This document shows, piece by piece, positions 53,931 through 64,000 of a DNA stretch of 64,000 nucleotides. Under the pieces are notes generated by a model that did not search any database, was not told the DNA's origin, and saw nothing but the letters and a program-made list of their open reading frames with translations. Location: the NCBI GenBank assembly GCA_965140415.1, contig OZ223209.1:2048001-2112000 (forward strand), in the 5' to 3' direction. The translations under genes and the position numbers were made by a program. The DNA comes from Myxococcota bacterium (GTDB lineage: Bacteria > Myxococcota_A > SURF-8). Positions within the stretch are counted from its first letter, which is position 1. Every line of letters begins with the position of its first letter.

Positions 53931-54070
53931 TGTTACCTCCAGCAGTGGCCCTACCACAGTAAAGGGGGAAAGGCAAGGTTAGTGATCGATAACGGTTGCG
54001 GCAGATTGCCGATTATGGCATGGTCGAATCATCTCGGTATGAACATGAGTTTTAGTAAGGAGAGGCTTGC

Positions 54071-56251
54071 ATGCAATGGATGGCATTCGTTCGACTTGTG
54101 GCTGTTTGCCTGTGCATATCCGTTTTTCCGGTGCTGAGCTTGTCGTGTTCGGAGAACCCAAACGATCCGGTGACGGACGGAGATTTGGAAGCAGAGCAAC
54201 GCGAGGCAGAGGATTCCGAGCGGACGGGGGACGAATATGCAGCGCTGGAACTGAGCGAATCCTTAAACGCCACGTTTGACGATCCGATCCTGTTGACGAT
54301 GGCGGCGGAGAAAAGTCGCAGCCACTATTTCGTGGATGAAGGCTATACGTTAACGCGCGATGAAAGCGGGATCGTATCTTTTGTTACCGATACCGCTGGG
54401 GATTTCGGCTTGGCGCTAATGGTGGATGGCGTTCCGATTCTGTCCGATTCCGAGATGTTTTCGCCGGTTTCCATTCAAGCGGTGACAAGCGATGCCGTGG
54501 TGTTGACCTATCAGCCGGTGGAAGATCTTGTTGTGGAACTGCGTTTTGCGGTGCTGAGTTCGCGGGTTGCAGCGATGGAAGTCTGGCTGCGAAATCAGGG
54601 AAACGTCGCATATTCCGTTGTCGTGCAACCCTGGTTGCGTCGCTGTGAGTTAGGGTATTCCAAGGTAGCAAATCACTCCACGGGGCTCTCTTTGAACCAC
54701 CACGTCGAGATCGGGGTAGAGGAAAAGATGTTTGGTGCCGGAACTTTCGTAGAGGATCTGGCGGGACGCCTGGTGATCGATCAGGATGAGTTCTCGGTTA
54801 AGGTTGTGGAGAGTTGCGGAGACAGTCTTCTGAGCGATCTGACATCTACAAATAGCAAGCAGAGCTATCCCGGACAAGCGGCATTTGTGGCATTGACTTC
54901 GCACCTCGATCTACCGGCAAAGTCGGATCGGGTCGTTCGTACATACCGGGCGGTTGTCGATTCGGAGAAGGCGGCAAGCCTGGAAGATGAATTGCAACTG
55001 GCGCGGCAGCTTTCAATCTCGGAAATTATCCTACAGGGAGATCAGCGCCTGCAAAGCATGCTACAGGCGGCACCATTAAGCTTGAACCGGGAAGATGCCC
55101 TGCTATACCGTTCCTGCTTTACTTTGCTGGATCAACTACGTCTACCTGCCGAGGGAAATCTTGCGCACGACTATTACCTCTTTTCCCGTGAGCCGACCTG
55201 GTGGTTCGGGCGGCTGGGGCAGCACATACACGAGAGCATGGCCATGATTCTGATGGCTCGGCTTAATGCGGACTTCGCCATGGAGTCGCAACGGGTGTTT
55301 ATCGACCGGGTGGAGGCAGATGGGTATCTGCCCTATAACATCGGGCCGGTGTTGGAACAGACGGCCATGCGTACCGCCAGCGCTCCACTATTCAACTTCG
55401 TTTCCTGGGAGATGGCACAGATTATAAATGACCGGCAGTTTTTACAGGATAGCTACGACGCCGGGGTGTTACTGCATGGTTTCTGGGTGCGTGAAAGGGA
55501 CAAGGATCAGGACGGATTGTGCGAGTGGGGCGGTTACGGTCTGACCGAATCGGTGCGCGATCTGGAAAACGTGATCTGGGAGCAGGTTGCTGCACCGGAA
55601 AATCTGGAGGCGATCGGCCTGAACACGATGCTGGTCAAGGAGGAGCAGTCCCTGGCGGCGATGGCGCAGGCATTGGGACTTACTGACGAAGCCACGCAAT
55701 GGCAGCAAGCCGCGCAGGCGCGAGCCGACTTGATCAACGCAACCATGTGGGATGAACAAACCGGCTTTTATTACCATGTTACGATGGTGGACAACGATTT
55801 TTCCTATGCTTCCGAAAACGATCTCAAACGCATGGAAATCGCCGGATTCTTGCCGTTATGGGCGGGAATCGTACCGGAGGATAGAAAGCCCGACTTATTG
55901 AATACGCTTACAGATACGGCGCGTTTCTGGCGTCCCAACGGCGTTGCTGGATTATCCGCCGAGGATACCTATTACGACCCGGCGGCGTCGCAGTGCTGCC
56001 GCTGGCGGGGACCGGTGTGGGTGCAGTGGCAATGGATGCTGTTTAGAGCCTTAGTGGATATGGGAGAGACGGAACGTGCCCGCGAATTGGCCGAGAAGGT
56101 GATTTCTGCGGTACGAGTGCAACTGGCAAAAGAACATCAGTTCCGTGAATTGTACGATGCCGACGATATCGACGCGGAGAACCACAGCATGTCGAACTAC
56201 ATCTGGACGGCTTTGACCGGACAGTTGATGTTGGAAGCCGACCAGCTTTAG
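54071..56251 (+). CDS. Secreted or lipoprotein (alpha/alpha)6 glycoside hydrolase (GH63/MGH1/trehalase-like)
   Basis: Signal with SC, RDKDQDGLCEW, MWDEQTGFYY, GFLPLWAG, WRGPVWV and FRELY. Confidence 0.72.
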   Translation: MQWMAFVRLVAVCLCISVFPVLSLSCSENPNDPVTDGDLEAEQREAEDSERTGDEYAALELSESLNATFDDPILLTMAAEKSRSHYFVDEGYTLTRDESGIVSFVTDTAGDFGLALMVDGVPILSDSEMFSPVSIQAVTSDAVVLTYQPVEDLVVELRFAVLSSRVAAMEVWLRNQGNVAYSVVVQPWLRRCELGYSKVANHSTGLSLNHHVEIGVEEKMFGAGTFVEDLAGRLVIDQDEFSVKVVESCGDSLLSDLTSTNSKQSYPGQAAFVALTSHLDLPAKSDRVVRTYRAVVDSEKAASLEDELQLARQLSISEIILQGDQRLQSMLQAAPLSLNREDALLYRSCFTLLDQLRLPAEGNLAHDYYLFSREPTWWFGRLGQHIHESMAMILMARLNADFAMESQRVFIDRVEADGYLPYNIGPVLEQTAMRTASAPLFNFVSWEMAQIINDRQFLQDSYDAGVLLHGFWVRERDKDQDGLCEWGGYGLTESVRDLENVIWEQVAAPENLEAIGLNTMLVKEEQSLAAMAQALGLTDEATQWQQAAQARADLINATMWDEQTGFYYHVTMVDNDFSYASENDLKRMEIAGFLPLWAGIVPEDRKPDLLNTLTDTARFWRPNGVAGLSAEDTYYDPAASQCCRWRGPVWVQWQWMLFRALVDMGETERARELAEKVISAVRVQLAKEHQFRELYDADDIDAENHSMSNYIWTALTGQLMLEADQL

Positions 56252-56270
56252 AGCAGGAAAACGAAAGCAA

Positions 56271-57287
56271 TTAGCAGACGAAGAGGTAATTTACACCTTC
56301 CTGCAAGCCCATTTCTGCAAGTTGTCCACGAACTTCCTGTCGCTTGTGGTTCGGTCCTTTCTGCCCGACCGCCGCCAGGACGAATTCCGCCCGTAGTTTG
56401 GGAAGATCATTGATGGCGTGAACGGGAATGCCATCAATCTTGCGACCGATGCGGCGCGTACTGACATCGAGCAGTGCGACCACTGGCAACTCGGTTTCCA
56501 GCAACAGTCGCAACCACATTTTCCCTTGATGTCCGGCACCTTGAATGACAATACGAGGTGCTTTGCTGAGATGCATCGCTGTCAAGTGTTGCAGTTTTAT
56601 TCGAGCGAAGATTTTGCTGTCGAAACGACTGTTGCGGCTTTTTCCCTGTGGATGAATGCGCCAGGATAAAAGAACGTCCGGGCATTTGCCGAAGCGCACC
56701 CCGGCTCGCAACATGCGCAGCCACAACTCGTAATCTTCCGGGCCCTGTTCCAGTCGGTAAGGATGTTGGCGGAAAAGTTCCGTTTTTGCAAACATGGTCG
56801 AATGCACGAAAGGTGAATCGATGAGAATTTCGCGTTCGATTTGTTCGTGTTCGAGCAGTTCGTTTGTCCAGTCGATATACGCCGCGTATCCGGGAAAAAG
56901 CTCGTTTGCGCCCAGCGCTTGAGCGCGGGTAGAAAGCATGTCGATGCGCGGATTTACGGTGAGATAATCCAACTGCCGTTGCAGACGCTGCGGGTGGCTG
57001 ATGTCGTCGGCATCCATGCGCGCGAGATAACGACCCTGCGCATGAGCGATGCCGAAATTGGAAGCATGAACCACGCCATGGCCATCACTTTGAAAAAGGC
57101 GCAGCCGGGGTTCCTGTTGCTGGAAATCATGTAGCAGGCGAGGGGTGTCGTCCGTTGAGCCATCGTCGATTACGATCAATTCCCAGTCCGTTACCGTTTG
57201 CTGTCTCATGCTGGTAATTGCTGCATCAAGATGCTCTGCGCCATTTCGCACGGGCATGACAACGGAAACCAGAGGCATAGAAGACAT
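56271..57287 (-). CDS. Glycosyltransferase family 2 with C-terminal Rossmann-like domain
   Basis: VSVVMPVRN, DDGSTD, ARMDADD, EDYELWLR and GAGHQG. Confidence 0.9.
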   Translation of the reverse strand: MSSMPLVSVVMPVRNGAEHLDAAITSMRQQTVTDWELIVIDDGSTDDTPRLLHDFQQQEPRLRLFQSDGHGVVHASNFGIAHAQGRYLARMDADDISHPQRLQRQLDYLTVNPRIDMLSTRAQALGANELFPGYAAYIDWTNELLEHEQIEREILIDSPFVHSTMFAKTELFRQHPYRLEQGPEDYELWLRMLRAGVRFGKCPDVLLSWRIHPQGKSRNSRFDSKIFARIKLQHLTAMHLSKAPRIVIQGAGHQGKMWLRLLLETELPVVALLDVSTRRIGRKIDGIPVHAINDLPKLRAEFVLAAVGQKGPNHKRQEVRGQLAEMGLQEGVNYLFVC

Positions 57288-57295
57288 GATGGAAC

Positions 57296-57688
57296 TTAAT
57301 TCTGGATGTCGGTAGGTTTATTCTGCGTGACTTCCACCAGCGACCACTCGTCGTTTTGTTTCAGCAGGCGCACGTAATGGTCAAATGGATATGTCCGGCC
57401 ACTGCGGTAAGTGTCGGATGGCAGAAACGAGCGCGCTCCCGCCTGGAAATAGTCGCTGCGCGTACAGTTGATATCACCCTTGACATGCGCCCAGTAGCCT
57501 TGAGCGCCCTTGTTGATGGCAATGACCGAAACGGACTGAGGATGAAAGGCGCTGTCCTGCTTGCCGACGGCGTTCTCTACCAAAGGGATGATGTCATCTT
57601 CGTCAGGGGCATCCGAGCACCCCCCGAAAATCAAGGGCAGGGCGAAAAGAAGGACGAGAATGACAAGATAAGCGGCCCGGCTCGTCAT
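57296..57688 (-). CDS. Hypothetical lipoprotein
   Basis: Lipobox FGGC. Its start overlaps the stop of the upstream gene. Confidence 0.65.
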   Translation of the reverse strand: MTSRAAYLVILVLLFALPLIFGGCSDAPDEDDIIPLVENAVGKQDSAFHPQSVSVIAINKGAQGYWAHVKGDINCTRSDYFQAGARSFLPSDTYRSGRTYPFDHYVRLLKQNDEWSLVEVTQNKPTDIQN

Positions 57689-59601
57689 TGCCGATCCTCC
57701 TTGACGACGTTATACACCTTGTGGGTTTTAAACGCTTCCAACAGGTCTGGGTCCAGTTTGCCTGCTTCCATTTCCCAGGTCAGAATCTGTAATGCTTTCT
57801 CAAAGGAAACGGCGCGTTTGTACGGACGGTCACTGGCGGTCAGTGCATCGAAAATATCGCATATCGCCATCATGCGGGCGGGCATCGACAGATCTTTGGC
57901 GGTCCAACCGGATGGATAACCCTTGCCGTTCAGGCTTTCATGATGCTTGAAGGCGTAGTCGGCGACATGCCCCAGTTCTGGTGTCCAGGGAATCTGGCGC
58001 AGGAAGTTGTAGGTGTGCGTTACATGCGATTCGATTTCCAATCGTTCTTCCTGGGTCAGGCTGCCACGCGGAATACTGAGAATTTTCACTTCGTCTTCCG
58101 TTACAAGATGCAGCGGTTCCCCTTCGAAGTGAGTATAAACATGTTCCACCAATTCGGTCAGTCGGTCGAAATTTCCTTCCGCCAGGACGGTCGGCTCGTT
58201 GGAATCCAAGACCAATTGCAGGTCGTTTTCCAATTGCATGAGCTTTTCCAGCGTGTCTTTTTCCATCTGGACTTGTTCGAATTGCAAGCGGTCCATCCCG
58301 TTTTTCTTGGCCAGATCCAGCCGTTTTTTCAAGTCCATCATGCGAATCGCCGCCCGGATGAAGATCGCACGTATGCGGATCAACTCTTCCTGGCGTGGAT
58401 ACAGCTTTTTGGCTTTCACCAAGACATGTTCTCGAACGCCGACTTTACCGAAATCGTGCAGCAGCGAGGCATACCGGATTTCCCGCAGTTCCTCTTCGTT
58501 GTAGCGGTATTTGGCCAATGGACCGCGATCTTCACGGTTTACGGCTTCCGCCAGAGCGACCGTCAGTTTGGCGACTCGCTCGGAGTGACCGGAGGTGGTC
58601 GGATCACGAGATTCAATGGCTTTTACGCTGGCTTTCACGAATCCTTCGAACAGATCTTGAATGGCTTCGTACAGCATGTTCTTTTCAAGCGTGACCGCTG
58701 CAAGCGAAGCCAAACTCGTCACCATGTCTATGGAGTGCTGGTCGAAAGGCTGCACCATGACCATGGCGGTTACCGGATCGGTCAAGCGCACCCGGAAATC
58801 GCGCTTGCGATTGATCAGTTGCAAACCGCCTAAAACTTCTCCCTTGAGGTTTTTCAAGGGAACGACCAGGCTTGTGATGGTGCGGTAGTTGTTCAGTTTA
58901 TCGATCCAACGTGCATGACTGTAGGGCTTGTCCGGATCGATTTCATAGGCGTTATTGATGACCAACGGTTTTCCCGTAAGAATCGCATACCCGGCCAGAG
59001 ACTGGTAATTCAACGGCATACGGAATTCTTTTAGATTCAACGTGATGGAGTCGTTCTGCGCCATTTTGAAGATCAACGACTGTTCCCCGTTGACCTGATC
59101 TACCAGATAGAAAGAACCGGCATCGCAGTTGGTGATCTGACGGGTTTTGGTCAGGATCAGATCCAGCAGTTTGTCCGTATCTTTTTCCGAAGAGAGCAAT
59201 ACACCAATATGGGTGATTTCCTCCAGATCGTTTTGTGTGGCTTTCGATTTGTTCTGAAGAGTCAATAATTCGATGGCATTTCGGATAAATGCCGACAGGA
59301 TGCGCCATTCGTCGCGTTCATCCAGTAGCGGCAGTGTGCAGTGGATAAATTCCTTATCGAATCGCGGCATCGGGCTGCCCGGCATCGCTTCGGTCACGAT
59401 GACTCGCACTCCATTGTTTTTCAGCCGGTCGATATGTCGTGGATGGACTTCCGAGAGTTCCCTGGCCGGAGCGATGATCACCGCAGCGCGTGGTTTGTTG
59501 CGATGTTGTTCCAGATCCGATAGGTCATGCAATTCCACATTGCGCGGGAACCCTCGCCCGGTCAGTCGGATATTTTCGGAAGCGTAAAGGTCAACGCGCA
59601 T
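57685..59601 (-). CDS. GAF plus HD-GYP cyclic dinucleotide phosphodiesterase
   Basis: GAF domain, GHSERVA, LLHDFGKVG, HHESLNGKGYP and DIFDALTASDRPYK. Start uncertain. Confidence 0.9.
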   Translation of the reverse strand: MRVDLYASENIRLTGRGFPRNVELHDLSDLEQHRNKPRAAVIIAPARELSEVHPRHIDRLKNNGVRVIVTEAMPGSPMPRFDKEFIHCTLPLLDERDEWRILSAFIRNAIELLTLQNKSKATQNDLEEITHIGVLLSSEKDTDKLLDLILTKTRQITNCDAGSFYLVDQVNGEQSLIFKMAQNDSITLNLKEFRMPLNYQSLAGYAILTGKPLVINNAYEIDPDKPYSHARWIDKLNNYRTITSLVVPLKNLKGEVLGGLQLINRKRDFRVRLTDPVTAMVMVQPFDQHSIDMVTSLASLAAVTLEKNMLYEAIQDLFEGFVKASVKAIESRDPTTSGHSERVAKLTVALAEAVNREDRGPLAKYRYNEEELREIRYASLLHDFGKVGVREHVLVKAKKLYPRQEELIRIRAIFIRAAIRMMDLKKRLDLAKKNGMDRLQFEQVQMEKDTLEKLMQLENDLQLVLDSNEPTVLAEGNFDRLTELVEHVYTHFEGEPLHLVTEDEVKILSIPRGSLTQEERLEIESHVTHTYNFLRQIPWTPELGHVADYAFKHHESLNGKGYPSGWTAKDLSMPARMMAICDIFDALTASDRPYKRAVSFEKALQILTWEMEAGKLDPDLLEAFKTHKVYNVVKEDRQ

Positions 59602-59718
59602 GCCTATCTCCACCGTGTACTCATAATAGTGCAATCACTCCAGCATAAGCAGAAGCAAATCATATCATGCTCTTGCGGCATTTCCAAATCACTTTTACCC
59701 TTCTTGAAGAAGTGTCGT

Positions 59719-62688
59719 TTACGGTTGAAGGGTAAAACCCGGTTGTAAAAAGACCGCTTCTCGCTCGCTGCCGTCGATCTTGAGTATCGTTGGTTCCGGC
59801 AAGTGCAGCAGTCTCAGAAAGGTCGTTTCCTGTTCGGCAGGTTGTTTCTCCAGCCAATCCCAGTTCACATGTCCCAGGTTTCGGGATGCGTCGATGGTCA
59901 GGTAACCGATGCCGAGTGAGGTGATGTTCTGGAAAAAATGGGTGCCGTTGGAAGGGTCTACGCGGAAGTCGGGTAAGGAAGTTTCGATCATGGCTTTGGC
60001 GCCGGAAATGTCCGCCCAGCCGACACCGACTCCCAGCCAGGGATCGGATGAACCCCAGCGACCGAAGCCCAGCAGGGCATACGGACGTTTTTCGGCGACC
60101 AATCGGGCGTTGATCTGGCCGATTTGTTCGATCATTTCCGCATTGCGGACTCGGTCGAAGCTGTCCGGTTTTAAATAAACGATATCCTGGATGGTATCGA
60201 TAATGCCATTACCCAGCGCCATTTTGGTCGAACACCACGCGTGCTGCCGTTCTTGTTCGTGAATGCTGACGCTTTCCCGTTCCGCCTTGGCAATTTGTGG
60301 CCGCAACTGGAGGATTTTCATTTCCGGTTTTTTAGGACGCGGATTCATGTTGACGGCAAACTCCATCTCAACGGGGCAGCCCATGGCATGAGAAAACAAC
60401 TCGAAGAGGTTGTTTAAAACATCACAAAGTGGAAATTCGTTATATTTCAGTATCCCAGAAAACGTTGCCACGCGCGGACCCGGAATGGATAACGTATCGC
60501 GGATCACCTGATTGTCTGCGGAGTACACCGAAGCGATCAGATCGAGTTCATGATCTTGTTCCGCCTGCTGAAGATCCAATAGTGCCAGGTTTTCTTCCGG
60601 ATCCATGCCGACGAAAGCCGCTCCCCGGTCCATACGCAGGGCGTAAAAACTTTTCTGGCTGTTTTGGAGCCAGTCCGCTGGCGATGAGAACTGGGGCAGC
60701 ACATGGGGATAGCGGGGCGAGAAACGCAGGGATTTTCCTCCATCGACGACTGTTTTTCCCAGACCCACAGCCACGTGAGCGACACCTTCCTCCGGTTCCA
60801 TGCTGCCGAAGGGATAGAAGTTGAACGATTGTCCCACACCGGAAAAGGTCGGATAAAAATACTTGCCGTGTTGCTTGCCGACCAACTGCTGTATGACAAC
60901 CGCCATGCGTTCTTCTTCGATGCGGTGTGATGTCGCTTTGAAATAAGACTTCGGATTGGGACCGAAGGTCGAAGCCCAAACCATTTTAATAGCTTGCAGC
61001 AGCCGCTCCAGGCGTGTGGCATCCGTGTTGGCGTTATTGGGAAGCATGTACGTGGCGTACAGCCCGGCGAAAGGTTGCAGGTGCGAATCTTCCAGCAGGC
61101 TTGAGGAGCGAACGGCAAGTGGTGTATTGACCAACGAGATGTATTGAGCCAATCCTTCGCGCAATTCGTTGCGAATGCGTCCCTTGGTGAAACGACGTGC
61201 TATACGGCTTAAATCCGTTTCCTCCAGTGCAAAGCGCCACAAATCGTTTTCATTTAAAAAGATTTCGAACTCTCCGGCTCCCACTACCAGCGTTTTCGGA
61301 ATACCCAGGTCGATATCCGGGAAATTGCCGGAGTAGTTGGCCCGATCCGCCAGATATTGCACGAAGGCCAGCCCGCGTCCTTTACCGCCCATCGATCCTT
61401 CACCGATATGAGTGACATCCGCTGCCTGCAAGGGTCGATTGGGTGAATAGGTTGCAACGATACCGCGTTGCTTATTGGCCAGCACTTCACCGATCGTATT
61501 TAAAATGTATTCTCGGACTTGCTCGTGGGTTTCGAAATCGCTGACTTTACGCGGGCGGAGTTGATCGGCCATCGTGATTTCGGTGCGTGCGACCAGCCAG
61601 TTTGAAAAGTGATTGTTCTCCGCGTGGAAAATCAGTGATTCGATTGGGATTGATCTTAATTTGTCTACGAATTCATAGACATCCATAGCGCGTCCGACTT
61701 CCGACATGTCGGGCATGCGGAATATGAAATCACCGAATCCCAAGCGTGTTTGCAGGTAGTGACGCAGATCCGAAAGCAGGGCAGGGGAGTTCTTATCCAG
61801 AAAATCCGCCCCGATCTGGTAGGCTCTCGGACGATTGACTTCCGGCTCGGCGGATTGCAGCAGGACCGGCAAGTCGAATACTTCCGATTTGACTTCTTTG
61901 ACGAAATCGAAACCGGCGTCCGGGTTCATCTCTCCGTTACGCCAGAAGCGGACATCTGAAATAACGCCCATGATGCTGCGCTGATATTTCCGGTACAGGG
62001 CCATGCCCTCTTCGTAATTGTCCGCCAGCAGAATTTTGGCACGGGAGCGCATACGCAACTGTTTGTGCAAGTCATTGAAACCGGCGTCTATCAGGTTGCG
62101 GGTCAAACCCATAATGACACGATACATGATCGGCAGAAAGGCGGAGTAGTAGATCGGGGAATCTTCCAGCACCAGAATCGCTCTGACCTGACCATACCTG
62201 ATATCGTGATCGGCATTCAAGCGGTCTTCCACTAGCTTGATGATCGCCAGCAGGATTTGAGGATCGTTGTTCCATACGAAAACCCGGTCGATGCCGGACA
62301 ACTCACTGGATTTGGGCAGGATTGCCAATTCTGCGGGATCGATGGCCAGCAGCATCACTGGAAGATCTTTATCGATGGCTTTGACTTCCTGGGCGAATTG
62401 AATCGGGTCGCCATCGCCCAATCGGGTCATCAGCAGAACCAGGTCTACTTTCTCGGTTTGAATGATCTGGCGGGCCTTGACGACGGTTGACACGCGCCGG
62501 ACGCTTGGTGGGGCGGAAAGTCGCATTCCCACGTACTGACCCCAGATCAACTCAGATAAACTGCCGTCTTCTTCCAGCACAAATGCATCGTAGAGGCTTG
62601 AAACCACTAGGATATTCTGAATTCGGCTGGGCATCAACGAGCGGTAACCGCTAAATCGGGGAGTATATTCGTCGTCCAAGTGTGTCAT
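59719..62688 (-). CDS. Receiver-domain / PEP-pyruvate-binding (PPDK N-terminal) domain protein
   Basis: Two REC-like segments, GSMGGKGRGLAF, AVRSSSLLEDS..QPFAGLY and GRWGSSDPWLG. Downstream of gdhA. Confidence 0.88.
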   Translation of the reverse strand: MTHLDDEYTPRFSGYRSLMPSRIQNILVVSSLYDAFVLEEDGSLSELIWGQYVGMRLSAPPSVRRVSTVVKARQIIQTEKVDLVLLMTRLGDGDPIQFAQEVKAIDKDLPVMLLAIDPAELAILPKSSELSGIDRVFVWNNDPQILLAIIKLVEDRLNADHDIRYGQVRAILVLEDSPIYYSAFLPIMYRVIMGLTRNLIDAGFNDLHKQLRMRSRAKILLADNYEEGMALYRKYQRSIMGVISDVRFWRNGEMNPDAGFDFVKEVKSEVFDLPVLLQSAEPEVNRPRAYQIGADFLDKNSPALLSDLRHYLQTRLGFGDFIFRMPDMSEVGRAMDVYEFVDKLRSIPIESLIFHAENNHFSNWLVARTEITMADQLRPRKVSDFETHEQVREYILNTIGEVLANKQRGIVATYSPNRPLQAADVTHIGEGSMGGKGRGLAFVQYLADRANYSGNFPDIDLGIPKTLVVGAGEFEIFLNENDLWRFALEETDLSRIARRFTKGRIRNELREGLAQYISLVNTPLAVRSSSLLEDSHLQPFAGLYATYMLPNNANTDATRLERLLQAIKMVWASTFGPNPKSYFKATSHRIEEERMAVVIQQLVGKQHGKYFYPTFSGVGQSFNFYPFGSMEPEEGVAHVAVGLGKTVVDGGKSLRFSPRYPHVLPQFSSPADWLQNSQKSFYALRMDRGAAFVGMDPEENLALLDLQQAEQDHELDLIASVYSADNQVIRDTLSIPGPRVATFSGILKYNEFPLCDVLNNLFELFSHAMGCPVEMEFAVNMNPRPKKPEMKILQLRPQIAKAERESVSIHEQERQHAWCSTKMALGNGIIDTIQDIVYLKPDSFDRVRNAEMIEQIGQINARLVAEKRPYALLGFGRWGSSDPWLGVGVGWADISGAKAMIETSLPDFRVDPSNGTHFFQNITSLGIGYLTIDASRNLGHVNWDWLEKQPAEQETTFLRLLHLPEPTILKIDGSEREAVFLQPGFTLQP

Positions 62689-62761
62689 TACGTCGTATCC
62701 ACTTTCCAATCGGCAAAAAGATGAAAATCCCATTATGGACGGAGCTTGCGTCTGGCACAAG

Positions 62762-62791
62762 AAAAAACCCCTGGCCAGAAGCCAGGGGTTT
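62762..62791 (-). terminator. Intrinsic terminator after gdhA
   Basis: Minus strand AAACCCCTGGC-ttct-GGCCAGGGG followed by TTTTTT. Confidence 0.8.
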
Positions 62792-62815
62792 ACAAGCACT
62801 TATGTTGTTCAGGGA

Positions 62816-64000
<1,185 letters not shown>

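Overview
A 64 kb, mostly housekeeping chromosomal window from a Gram-negative bacterium. Gene order (mfd, three parvulin PPIases, pdxA; pdxJ-nnr-tsaE), a TIGR02147 gene and Cys/DGD-rich lipoproteins suggest a deltaproteobacterial or Myxococcota-like lineage, which is an inference. Core genes include rmuC, amt-glnK, smpB, uvrA, mfd, trpS, trmL, sppA, HU, selD-yedF, serS, fadH, hemW, grpE-dnaK-dnaJ, mazG and gdhA. I saw no rRNA, tRNA, CRISPR array, IS element or prophage. Five things stand out. (1) A self-contained operon of three paralogous, tightly coupled radical SAM enzymes with one auxiliary Fe-S motif each, its own sigma70-like promoter, and an 8-codon ORF at the predicted transcription start. 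(2) PdxJ lacks most canonical catalytic residues, and PdxA also has altered substrate-binding residues, so the vitamin B6 pathway pair may be repurposed or decaying. (3) A TIGR02147 regulator has an upstream palindrome and precedes large surface lipoproteins. (4) Unrelated lipoproteins share an acidic DGD tether. (5) Several core proteins carry unusual charged extensions or insertions. All calls come from reading motifs by eye; no database searches were run.
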